Below the pieces are notes generated by a model. The model had not been told where the DNA came from and ran no database searches. It saw only the letters and a list, made by a program, of their open reading frames with translations. The position numbers and the translations under genes were made by a program. This document shows positions 39,623 to 50,100 of a DNA stretch of 64,000 nt, piece by piece; positions within the stretch are counted from its first letter, which is position 1; every line of letters starts with the position of its first letter. Source of the stretch: Candidatus Bathyarchaeota archaeon. GTDB lineage: Archaea; Thermoproteota; Bathyarchaeia; Bathyarchaeales; Bathycorpusculaceae. The stretch is taken from contig OY970340.1 of the NCBI GenBank assembly GCA_963717465.1, positions 2,176,001-2,240,000 of the forward strand, written 5' to 3'.

Positions 39623-40351
39623 TTATTTGTTGCGTTCGGAAGCAACGCGTTTAATAGATCCTTTTGGTCGCATCCTTGCTTTCTTTTTCAGAGCTACTTT
39701 TGTTGAAGGCTTCTCTGCAAGAAGATCAGATTCAGCTTCTCCAAGAGGCAGCCCTTCTGTATCATCAGGAAAATCATTTGAAACCGCTTGTTCAGCGCCG
39801 TATTGCATCATAAGTTTTACGGCGTTATCAACATCACTAGGCCTAGCGTTAATTCCTCTTATGGCATCCATGAGAACTACGACTTTGAATCCGAGTGTTA
39901 ATCCGTCTACAACTGTGTTTACAATACAATAGTCAGTTGCTACGCCGCAAATGAAAAAGCGCTCAACTTTGTCCTTTTGAAGCAATTCTGCAAGCGTCGT
40001 CCCGTCAAAAGCAGAGTAACTTTCTCTTTTTGGATCAGTTGCTTTAGAAACAATTACTGCATTAGGCGGCAATTTTAGGTCAGGATGAAGTTCTGCCCCA
40101 GACGTATTTTGGATACAATGATTGGGCCAAATTCCTCCTTGAGACTTGAAGGAAATATGATCCGCGGGATGCCAATCTCTGGAAGCATAAATATGCAATT
40201 TTGCAAGCTTGAACCGCCTTAAGTAATCGTTTATTATTGGAATAATTTGATTTCCTTGCGGAACTGGAAGTGAGCCACCTTTTAGAAAATCTTTCTGGAT
40301 ATCTGTTACTAACAACGCATCTGAATTGTTTATCGAATATGTTTTATGCAT
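39623..40351 (-). CDS. pncA: Nicotinamidase / isochorismatase family
   Basis: D.QKDF..GGSL.V, DWHP..H.SF, WP.HC, YSAF, G.ATDYC. Confidence 0.88.
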   Translation of the reverse strand: MHKTYSINNSDALLVTDIQKDFLKGGSLPVPQGNQIIPIINDYLRRFKLAKLHIYASRDWHPADHISFKSQGGIWPNHCIQNTSGAELHPDLKLPPNAVIVSKATDPKRESYSAFDGTTLAELLQKDKVERFFICGVATDYCIVNTVVDGLTLGFKVVVLMDAIRGINARPSDVDNAVKLMMQYGAEQAVSNDFPDDTEGLPLGEAESDLLAEKPSTKVALKKKARMRPKGSIKRVASERNK

Positions 40352-40735
40352 AGGGTATCACTCAAAAACTCTAATTTGCATTTGTTGAAACTCGAACTAT
40401 GTAAGGATATGTTATTGGCACTCAATAAACTTTCTTAAAGAGAGCTTTTCGACTTTTATTTTCAATAAGTCATTGTTAGATTGGTTATCTTTAGAGTTTA
40501 AATCACCTTGACTGGTAGGGCTGAAGAAAGTGATTTTAAGCATATTTTGATTAGCTAACTTGAGAGCACTTTAACAGGTTAATCCGTTTGTTGCTGCGTT
40601 TTAATATTCAAAAAATTAAAGTTTAGATATTTTATCGTTAGTGTATTTTTGTTGTACTTCAAGACAGTTTATGATTAAATAAGTAATATTTATTAAGACT
40701 CAATATACTGATTTGTAATAATCAAAAAGAGGTCT

Positions 40736-41440
40736 ATGAGAGCGATAATCATGGAAAAGTGGCTCATTTTTGGAAAAATGAGGAACATAAGAAAAATCTG
40801 GATGACATTCCAAAAACCAGATATGAATAAGACAAAAGCAGAACCTACTGCTAAGTCAAATATCAACAAGGCTGGGAGTTACAAGGCTTTAGATGGCAAC
40901 AAAACAAGTATATTCAACAAGGCTGGGAGTTACAAGGTTTTAGATGGCAACAAAACAAGTATATCTGCTAAGGTTAAAAATCCAAGAATCACCAAAAGAT
41001 TGCTAATCGGTATAGCAACATTGGCGATAATTGCCGTTGCTTTGACCACGCTAACATCAGGTTTGTTGGCTGCTCAACAACCTATATCATCAAATGGCAA
41101 TATTCAAACCTCAGTAAACATCGGCGTCTATTCTAATTCAGCAGCCACGATAGTGTTATCAAGCCTTAGTTGGGGAACTGTAACGCCGGGTACAACTACA
41201 AATCAAACCATCTACATAAAAAACACAGGCAACGCAGCCGAAACACTTAACATGACAACTTCTGGCTGGAGTCCATCGTATGCAAGTTCATACTTAACCT
41301 TAAGTTGGAATCAAGAGGGAAGCGCCATAGCGTCAGGTTCTATTGTAAGCGCAACTATTACTCTTTCAGCAGCATCGAGTACAGGCAACTTGACTAGTTT
41401 TAGCTTCAACATAATTATAACAGGAACCCAACAAAGCTAA
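40736..41440 (+). CDS. Membrane-anchored/secreted Ser-Thr-rich beta protein (start uncertain)
   Basis: Single hydrophobic segment followed by WG.VTPG...IYIKNTGN and FSF.I.ITG. Confidence 0.7.
   Translation: MRAIIMEKWLIFGKMRNIRKIWMTFQKPDMNKTKAEPTAKSNINKAGSYKALDGNKTSIFNKAGSYKVLDGNKTSISAKVKNPRITKRLLIGIATLAIIAVALTTLTSGLLAAQQPISSNGNIQTSVNIGVYSNSAATIVLSSLSWGTVTPGTTTNQTIYIKNTGNAAETLNMTTSGWSPSYASSYLTLSWNQEGSAIASGSIVSATITLSAASSTGNLTSFSFNIIITGTQQS
40863..40964 (+). repeat. 51-bp tandem duplication (17 aa, NKAGSYKxLDGNKTSIx)
   Basis: Two copies differing at one base. Confidence 0.9.
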
Positions 41441-42031
41441 TCACCAATTTTTATTCTTAATTTCAGTTCTCCTAGCTTTTTATCATTTCTTTCTTTATTT
41501 TCCATCACATTGCCTGCATTTTGCGCAATGATGATCTTTGTTATTTGTACAAATGAAGACAACCTATTGTTTTCCGTTTTTTGCACGTTGCATCGACTTC
41601 TAATGCTCTTTTATCTATGATCGTTACCAAATCAATTGAGAAAAACAATTAGAGATGCAATGTCATAAATGCTTCAATCTTAGACAACCGATATTGACCA
41701 TTTGAAAAAGATAAATGCACAATTCAAATCCCCAAGAGGATTTCAAATAGCCATCGAGTTTCTGGAATCTTCGTGACATTAATATTAAAAAAGATTATTT
41801 CCAGTTTATTGCAGATCATTAATTTACATATTCCAAATACGAAAGCCTATAGCATACATCAACATTAAAACTTACTCAACTACTTGATTGTTTGTGCATT
41901 AGAATTTTGGCATTTGCGCATTTTGGGTCCAATTTGACTATAACTTGATAGTTCCTTTATTACTTGTTCGCTTTAATTCCATTGTTTAGTTAATGAGCTT
42001 TTTTAATGATACAATAGAGGAAGTGTTTGCT

Positions 42032-44149
42032 TTATTTTAGTTGTTCTTGCAGTTCTTTAAGTTTTTTGGCGTTTCTTGTTTCTTTGCTTTTTAGCAGGAG
42101 TAAAAAGACGATTATGCCTACCAATGCACAGATGGCTATAATGGCTATTACTTCTATAAACGCAGCGTTCAGTGAGTAATTGCTACTTGCGGCTGTGCTT
42201 GATAATTCGACTCTTAACGAGTTTTCGGTGGGATAAGCTATTGTCCCATTTACTGTCGGGTATCCATCTTTTTTCACGCTATAGCTGTATGTACCTGATG
42301 TGTAGTTTTGAAAACTTACGTAGCCAGATGAATTTGTAACGTCCACTAAGGTTCCATTGATGTACACTTGAGCTGAACTTAATGAGTTTCCATCGCCGTC
42401 TGTTACGTATATGGTTAATGTTCCTGTGGAGTTGCTTGTTGGCTCAGTTGTAGGGGTTGACGTTGGGGTAGGAGTCGGAGTCGAACTTGAGGTTGATAGC
42501 GGGGTGACAGTTATTTGCGTCGTATTTGAGCCATCCAGATATCCTGTTTTTGAGGCAGTGGCTGTAATTGTGCAAGTTGTATTTTGCGCAAAGTTTGCTG
42601 CAGTAAAGTTTGCTTCATAATAGCCATTCCCGAGTTCTACTGGCGATGAGAATGTTCCTCCGTTATCAGACTCAAAGTTGATGGTTGCGCCTGTTACCGT
42701 TGAATTGTTTACAGTTACGTAAACTGTTACGTTTGCATCATCGCCATTGCTAACAATTTGTGGGTCTGCCGTTACGTTTACTTGTAAGGTTGAGTAATCA
42801 ATCAGGTAGGTTGTTACTTGCACTTGAGCTGTTGCATAACCTGCTGCTGAAGCTGTAATCGCAGTCGTACCAGGTGTATTCGTTACATTAAGTTGGCCTA
42901 TGGCTTGAGTGCTGCCAAACGGGATCGTTAATGTCTGGTTCACCTGGCCTACTAAATCGTTTGATGAGAATAGGTTAATAGTTACATCCGTTGATGGATC
43001 TTTTGCTGGCTCGCCTTGAACGTCTTGAAGTTGCACGACGATCGCTTCGTAAGTAGAATTGTCAGATGGCAATGCTGATGGGACGCAGAAAACAGCCAGT
43101 TTCGCCGGAACATAACCAATTGTTGTAATCGTTCCTGAGCCTTCAAGTAAGTTATTGGCCACTGCAGTTATCGTTGTTGTGCCTGCTGTATATGTTGAAT
43201 TTAATGTTGCTATGGCATAAGTTTGGCCTGTAGGAATTGTGATGTTCGAGTCTATGGTTCCAACTGCTGGATTTTGGGACGAAAGAGCAATTGTGACGTT
43301 TGAGGTAGCTGCAGCTATATAGCCTGACGAATCTACAAGTTGGATAGCAATTTGCGGGTACGAGTTTTCGTCTGCCTGGATACTTGTTGAACCCATGTAA
43401 ACATTAATTTGGTAAGGTATTGAACCCAAGTTTTGAGTGGTTACTGTTGTTTGGTAAGTTGTGTATCCTGACGCAACCGCTGTTATCGTGGCAGATTGGG
43501 CAGTAGTCGAGGTAGTAAGAGTTGCAACAGCATAAGTTTGGCCTGCTGGAATTATTACTGAAGAATTGACTGAAACAATGCCCGTATTTGAACTGAAGAG
43601 CATTACAGTTACGCCAGCATCTGGGGCTCTTGCTGGATTGCCGCTTGAATCTTGCAGTTGAACCATTAAGGCGTTATAAGAGTTTCCATCGGCTGGCAGG
43701 ACGGAGGGAAATCCGTACAATACTATTTGGGAGGGCGTGTATCCCTCAGTAGTTATTGATGACTGTACTGTGCTATAGCCTGTTGCTGATGCAGATATTG
43801 TAGTTGTTCCTGGAGTAAATGTTGTGTAGAAATTGGCGTTAACATACGTGTTCCCTTTTGTTATGGTAACTGTCGGGTCTACTGTGCCGTACATGGTGTT
43901 AGATGAATACAAGCTTATTGTCGTGTCCTGAAGCGCTCTTGCAGGGTGACCACTGGAATCTTTCAATTCCACAAAAATGCAACTATACGTGCTATTGTCA
44001 GCTAGCACACTGGTTGGTCCCATAGCAATAGCAAGCTGGGCAGGACTGGCTGTTGTACTTGATCCAACGGTACGGTCAAAAATCGCAAATGCAGATATTA
44101 CAATCATTGAAACCAAAGCTAAAGCTAAATAAATTTTCTTCTTGTTCAT
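42032..44149 (-). CDS. Cell-surface protein with four Ig-like repeats, Pro/Thr linker and C-terminal TM anchor
   Basis: Signal peptide; repeated VQL.D..G.PA..., TI..G.TYA, TITA.A.GY; C-terminal hydrophobic helix plus basic tail. Confidence 0.85.
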   Translation of the reverse strand: MNKKKIYLALALVSMIVISAFAIFDRTVGSSTTASPAQLAIAMGPTSVLADNSTYSCIFVELKDSSGHPARALQDTTISLYSSNTMYGTVDPTVTITKGNTYVNANFYTTFTPGTTTISASATGYSTVQSSITTEGYTPSQIVLYGFPSVLPADGNSYNALMVQLQDSSGNPARAPDAGVTVMLFSSNTGIVSVNSSVIIPAGQTYAVATLTTSTTAQSATITAVASGYTTYQTTVTTQNLGSIPYQINVYMGSTSIQADENSYPQIAIQLVDSSGYIAAATSNVTIALSSQNPAVGTIDSNITIPTGQTYAIATLNSTYTAGTTTITAVANNLLEGSGTITTIGYVPAKLAVFCVPSALPSDNSTYEAIVVQLQDVQGEPAKDPSTDVTINLFSSNDLVGQVNQTLTIPFGSTQAIGQLNVTNTPGTTAITASAAGYATAQVQVTTYLIDYSTLQVNVTADPQIVSNGDDANVTVYVTVNNSTVTGATINFESDNGGTFSSPVELGNGYYEANFTAANFAQNTTCTITATASKTGYLDGSNTTQITVTPLSTSSSTPTPTPTSTPTTEPTSNSTGTLTIYVTDGDGNSLSSAQVYINGTLVDVTNSSGYVSFQNYTSGTYSYSVKKDGYPTVNGTIAYPTENSLRVELSSTAASSNYSLNAAFIEVIAIIAICALVGIIVFLLLLKSKETRNAKKLKELQEQLK

Positions 44150-44153
44150 GTTA

Positions 44154-44507
44154 TCAACTTTTATTCTCTTTTTCAGGCTGATTGCCACATACTTGTTGGC
44201 AAAAAGCACAAGTAACGTTCGATAATTCTAAATGGTAATGCGTCTTAGGTTCAACACAGCGTGCAATTTTGCATTCTGTAACCAAGGGAATCCCTTTTTT
44301 TGCCTTCGAACTTGCCTTTGAGCCTAAAATGAAGAAACCGCATTGCCCATTTTTTGCGAAGGCGCAATTTGATTTTTTAATATCTCCGAAAAATGAGGCA
44401 TTTGACAAGATTTCTATTAAGGTTAAAAGTTCTTCTTCATTATGCCGCTCCAGTTTGCAGACTCTTTTATTTAGCTCTTCTAGCGTTATTTCCATCATTT
44501 TCGGCAT
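44154..44507 (-). CDS. Small Cys-rich hypothetical protein
   Basis: N-terminal coiled coil, CAF....QC, C...C, CAFC. Confidence 0.55.
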   Translation of the reverse strand: MPKMMEITLEELNKRVCKLERHNEEELLTLIEILSNASFFGDIKKSNCAFAKNGQCGFFILGSKASSKAKKGIPLVTECKIARCVEPKTHYHLELSNVTCAFCQQVCGNQPEKENKS

Positions 44508-44673
44508 CCAATGGTTAATTCCATAAGTTTGCTTATATAGTAAGAAAAAAGGGTGCTGCCTCCAATAGTCGCCGATATCCGCCTAGCTTATTCTTGAGAT
44601 GATTTTTCAGAGAATAAGTTACATTTGAGAATTTTTTTGAAAAATAAGAAGATACCGCAACGCTGTTTTTTTA

Positions 44674-45474
44674 TCAAGTAGCTTTGGAAGAGGCAGACAT
44701 TAGCTTTCTAATTCTTGCTTCGTTAGTGTAAACGGTTCTTTCAGAAATTTTGAATATTTCACCGATTTTTTCTTTGGAGATTTTTATCTTGTTCTTTTTG
44801 CATGAGTTGTAGAAGGCGCCAGCTGCGACGCCGATTGGGTTTCCGCCTGCTCTTTTAAGTTGAAGCAACGTGCTTTCAGCATGTTGAATCAGTTCTTTGT
44901 TTGTCGTAATTTTGCTTGCGTATTCATGCAAATAATTTATGGCTGTTTTTCTTGTAATTCTTATGGGTTCTTGAAGGGCTAATGTTTTCTTTAGCACCCA
45001 TGCTTGTTTCTCGACTATACTGTTGTCTAGGCTGAGTTCTCTGCTTATTTCTTTTAATGAACGATTCTTATTGTACTCTTTAAGAATGAATTGAATTAGT
45101 GCTGCCACAGTGGCTCTTTTGTTTTTTGATAATTTTTGAGATTTGAAAAGTACATTTCTTTGAGTTCTTATTTTTCTAGCAGCCTCTTCTCTGAAAGGAA
45201 AACTTGGGAGGTTTAATTGGCAAGAAACAGATCTAAGTATGGTTAGCCATTCTTTTAGGGTTTCAGAATCGTCTTGTGTCCAGTTTGAATACCACTCCGG
45301 AGACCATTGTCCATCACTTCTTATGGATGGAGCATCATCGATGACAATGCCGCATTTGGAGCAGATTTTTTCTCCTCCAATACCTTCTGGATAAATTATA
45401 GCCCCGTTACATCTATGACATCGCTGATTTTCTAGGCATTCTAGCATGGTTTCATTTACTGTATCGGCTATCAT
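44674..45474 (-). CDS. Divergent transcription factor B (TFIIB-like) paralogue
   Basis: Zn ribbon CHRC...GEKICSKCGIVID; cyclin-repeat motifs QLNLP, GGNPIGVAAGAFY, ISERTV. Confidence 0.75.
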   Translation of the reverse strand: MIADTVNETMLECLENQRCHRCNGAIIYPEGIGGEKICSKCGIVIDDAPSIRSDGQWSPEWYSNWTQDDSETLKEWLTILRSVSCQLNLPSFPFREEAARKIRTQRNVLFKSQKLSKNKRATVAALIQFILKEYNKNRSLKEISRELSLDNSIVEKQAWVLKKTLALQEPIRITRKTAINYLHEYASKITTNKELIQHAESTLLQLKRAGGNPIGVAAGAFYNSCKKNKIKISKEKIGEIFKISERTVYTNEARIRKLMSASSKAT

Positions 45475-46022
45475 AGCAATGCTTGGTTGTTATGAAAATT
45501 TTACATATAACTCTTGAGAAGCAGTAATACAGATATTTGATTTATATTCAATTAATTTTTTTTTCAAAAGTACCAATTGTGCTTTAAATTTTGGAAAAAG
45601 AAAATTTTTGAAAAACAACTTTAATGCGTTAAACGAGAGTTGAAATAAGTTAATAATTATAAAAGCAATCTTGAGAAGACAAAAGTCCCTACTGAATATT
45701 GTTTTGCGATTAAGCATATCATGAATAAAGATGTTGTGCCTGAAGCGCTCCATGGTGGTGTCGAAATGTTTGCAGTCAGATGTTAATTGAGTATGCCGCC
45801 AACTAAACTGGAAAGAATCCTGAGATGCCCTTGCTCGCCAAAACTAACCTATAATTTGACCGGTTGTAAGGGTCTAGTAGTTCATGCAAAGTTGTTAGTT
45901 ACGTGTCTTTTAACTAGAAAAGCCTCATCTCGGATATATTCCGTATTAATATACGTTGTTTATAAAGGCTCAGTTGGAATAAATTGTCAAATAAAAATTT
46001 AGCTTGGAGGTGACGATGGAAG

Positions 46023-46478
46023 ATGAATTATAACAGAATACTAAAAAACAGTAAAGGTATTTCCCCAATATTCGCCACCCTTATCCTCATCGCTATTGCT
46101 GTAATCGCTGGAGTAGTTGTCTACATGTTCACCAGCGGAACAGTAGCAACTATGACAAACGGAGGCACAGCAGGACAAGAAAAAGTGACAGTACAAGCCG
46201 CGAGCTATAGTGGTTCCACAGGCAGCCCTGCGAATACTGTAAGCGTAATACTTGAGCAGACTAGTGGTCCAACGGCAACCGTGAACGGGTTGATAATTAA
46301 AGATGCAAATGGAAATACCATTGGTACCGCAACATTGGCCGCCAATGTACCTTTAACGACTGGGACACTTCAAACAATAACTGGAACGATAAGCGGTCTT
46401 AGCTCTTCAACTTACTATACAGTTACTGTGACGACAGCGGCAGGTGGCAGTTTCGTTTCAGGTCAATTCCTAGGTTAA
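46023..46478 (+). CDS. Archaeal type IV pilin (likely major pilin)
   Basis: Class III signal peptide KG/ISPIFATLILIAIAVIAG. Confidence 0.9.
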   Translation: MNYNRILKNSKGISPIFATLILIAIAVIAGVVVYMFTSGTVATMTNGGTAGQEKVTVQAASYSGSTGSPANTVSVILEQTSGPTATVNGLIIKDANGNTIGTATLAANVPLTTGTLQTITGTISGLSSSTYYTVTVTTAAGGSFVSGQFLG

Positions 46479-46599
46479 AAGGGGACGAGACAATGTTTTC
46501 CAATACCCAAATTTTTTAATTTATCGCAATTGTTTAGGCTGCGAGGTACGCACAAGAGGATAAATCAATACTGAAAATAGAGTTAGGTTCGATGCATGG

Positions 46600-47142
46600 A
46601 TGAAAAAAGGTGAAATTCGACGGCTTGGTAAGCGAGCGCTTAGTCCAATATTTGCAACTCTTATACTAGTGGCGATTGTGTTTATTTTTGGCTCTTTAGC
46701 TTATTATTACTCAAGTAATCTTACAACGACGGCTACGAACAATTATGTTAGTTCAGCGTCTACTAGTCAACAATCAGAGGGTGAAAGATTAGCCCTTGAA
46801 AACTTCGCGTATACGCAATCTTCACCCGCAACTTTGACTGTTTATGTTCTCAATTGTGGAATTTCAAACAACTTGCAAATTAACGGTTTGATACTATACA
46901 ATGCTAGTGATACCACTCATACGCCTCTTGCAACTTATTCCAATACTCAATTTATAAGCCCAGGCATGGTTGATCTTAACACTGGAAAAACTATTACCTG
47001 CTTAAATGCGGGTCAAGAAGGGTACTTTACAGTCAGTTTAACAACTTCGCATGGTTCTGTCCCTAACTTGAAAGGATCAATCTGTGAAATACAAATTACA
47101 ACAAAAAGCGGAAGTTCATTTAACTATGAATTTGCACCATAA
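46600..47142 (+). CDS. Archaeal type IV pilin (minor)
   Basis: RA/LSPIFATLILVAIV, ER..LE, VYVLN.G. Confidence 0.85.
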   Translation: MKKGEIRRLGKRALSPIFATLILVAIVFIFGSLAYYYSSNLTTTATNNYVSSASTSQQSEGERLALENFAYTQSSPATLTVYVLNCGISNNLQINGLILYNASDTTHTPLATYSNTQFISPGMVDLNTGKTITCLNAGQEGYFTVSLTTSHGSVPNLKGSICEIQITTKSGSSFNYEFAP

Positions 47143-50100
47143 ACTACCAAGTAACAAAAAAGGAATTAGCACCATATTCGGTATGATATTTTTCCTACTA
47201 GTGGTAATGCTAGTTTTCGCAAGCATGATGATCCTTCTCAACCAAAACACTTCTGTACAGGATGCAGTAGCGGAGGCAAACCAAGCAGATTTAAACCGGT
47301 ACACAGAAATGACAACCGTATCAATCGTAAACCCTGCATTGGCCACTGGAACCAACGTAGTATACATAAACTGTTTCATCTTGGACACTGGTCAATTACC
47401 CGCTCAACTACTTCGATTATGGGTCAAGGACAACACCACGGGAGCAGTCGCTAATTTAGCTATCTCCCCAGCTATTACCCTGCAACCTGGAGCAGATATA
47501 CAATACTTCAACGCAATCAGTTTGCCTAACGTGGCTTCCACTGACAGTATCAGCTTTTGGTTTGTCACCGCCAGAGGAAACGACATATCAGCATCCCCGA
47601 CAACTAGCCAACTAAATACCTTAACCAACGGGGCATTAGACGGCCAAACGTCTGGTTCCGCCAACGGGAACTAGCACCATAGGCTTTTCACTCACAACTA
47701 AAAATAAGAATGACCTGATTTATTTAGCTGCAATTTATGATGATGGAAACGATGGATACTATGGAAACGGCCCTACTATCACCATTACCTCAACTCCCAG
47801 TCTAGTTTGGACTTCAAGAGATCAATCTGCTTCGGATGCCTATAATGGCTATGGTTATGGTAATAACCAGCAAGGTGATAGCATTGTCCAGACATGGTAC
47901 ACCATAATGCCATCCCCTGGCAACTTAACCATCACCTTACAGGAGAGCAATGTTGACGATAATTACTGGGCGGCAACAGCATTCGCCGTCAGTAACGTCA
48001 ATACAGCTTCACCTTTTGATGTTTCTCCTAAAACTACCACAGATTCCAACAGTCTTACGGCAGAACCAATTATCAGCATAACGACAACAAACACAAATGA
48101 TTTAATAATAGGTGCAGTCGGAATCGATTGGCAAAATCCTATTGTGACACCAGGGTCTGGATTTACGCAAGTAATGGGAGTAACTAGTACAAGCGGCGCC
48201 ACAGGTCTTAGTGAAACCGCAGCTCCCAGAACAATCTGGGTTGAAACTATGAACACAACAACTGTCCAAAACAACTTGCCCGTAAGTTGCACGCTTTCCA
48301 GCAGTTCGGGTCCACTCTCTGTTGCTTGGGCAATAATTGCGGATACAGTAAAATTAAATAGTGGCACTCCTATCACGCTTTCCCCTACGAGTGGTCCTGC
48401 AGGAGAATCAGTTACAGTTACTGGCAGTGGCTATGCAGCCAACTCCAAACTCGTAGCTACCTTTAATGGGTCACCAGTTTCATTCAACGGCACTACCGAC
48501 TCATCAGGCAATATCAAATCCGGCGCCGTCTTCACTGTTCCTGCAGGTTTAGCAGCTGGAAACTATACAGTCACAATTACTGACAGCAGTTTCAATTCTG
48601 CATCAGCTACCTTCACAGTTGTAGCATCTAACATAACTGTGAGTCCGACAAGTGGTCAGTTTGGATCACAAGTTACACTAACAGGTACAAACTATATTTC
48701 AAACGCCAATGTTAATGTCACCTTCGACGGAAACCTTGTGAGCACGAATCCTTCCACAATAACTGCAAACTCATCAGGCGGTTTTTCCGCAACCTTTAAT
48801 GTTCCACTGGATACAACAGGCATCAAATCTGTGGCGGCAACAGACAGCGTTAACACTGCGTATACTAATTTCACTGTTACTCCATCGATTACTTTGAGCC
48901 CAACCAGCGGTTCGGTTGGTTCAACAGTTACTGTTTCAGGGTATGGTTTCGCTGGTTCCGAGTACGTGGCTATTACATACAATGGCGCAACAATTGTAAC
49001 TAACCCTACTAGCGTGCTTACAAACAGCTCAGGCTACTTTAACGCTTCCTTCAGTATACCAACAGGCCAAACAGCAGGAAGCAAAATAGTTACAGTAACT
49101 GATGCCAGTGCAAATACTGCCAGTACAACATTCACCGTAACTCCATCCATTTCTACCTAGCCCGACTATCGGCAATGCTGGTTCAACCGTTACCGTTTCC
49201 GGCAACGGCTTCGCAGCAAACTCAGCACTCACAGCAACCTTTGGAGGAACAACAGTCACGTTAAGCGGCGCAACAAGTACAAACTCCACAGGTTCATTTA
49301 CTAATGCAAATTTCACTATACCAACTACAACAGCAGGAGGATCCCAAACTATAGCAGTCACAGACGCAAGCTCCAACTCTGCCACCGCCACGTACACAGT
49401 AAACACGGTAACCCAAACAATCACAGTTACACTAGCCAATTCTGCTCCAAGCGCCACCGTGACAATTAGCGGCGGTTATCCTACACCTAACACATTCGCG
49501 GCTGATGGAACCCCCTATAAAATAGCCATGGTTGCAGGCGACAACTTTACACTATATTTCACAAACAGCGGCACTACTCGAGATGGCTTTATCGTATTAA
49601 ACGTTTTTTCTGCTAATTCAAGCCAATACTACGCAAGTTCTACTGCCATTTCTATTACTGCTTACGAACAGGTCCAAAATACTTTCAGCGTCACATTCAA
49701 CGGCGGCTCTCCTACAAGCAGCGATTCTCTCAAATTAACGGGCACTTATCTAGGTACAAGCTCGGCAACTATTGCAACTCTTACTTCCACTAATAATTGG
49801 AGCAACTCTACCTGGAGCGATTACAACACGGCTGTCACTTTCCCAGCTACAACGAGTCTGAGCAATTCAACTATACAATGGATTCTAAACGGTGGCGCAT
49901 ACACTACAAGCGCATTAACCGCTGGCGGAAATACTTACCCTAAACTTTATTATCACCAGTATTTGATTACTTTCCAGTACTCTGTTTCTGGCGGTGGCTC
50001 ACCAACTGCACCTGCCGTGACTTACACTCAGTTCGGCATTAGCGGCAATACAGTAAATGCTACAACAACTGGTGGCTCAGGCGTCTGGGTCGATGCCGCC

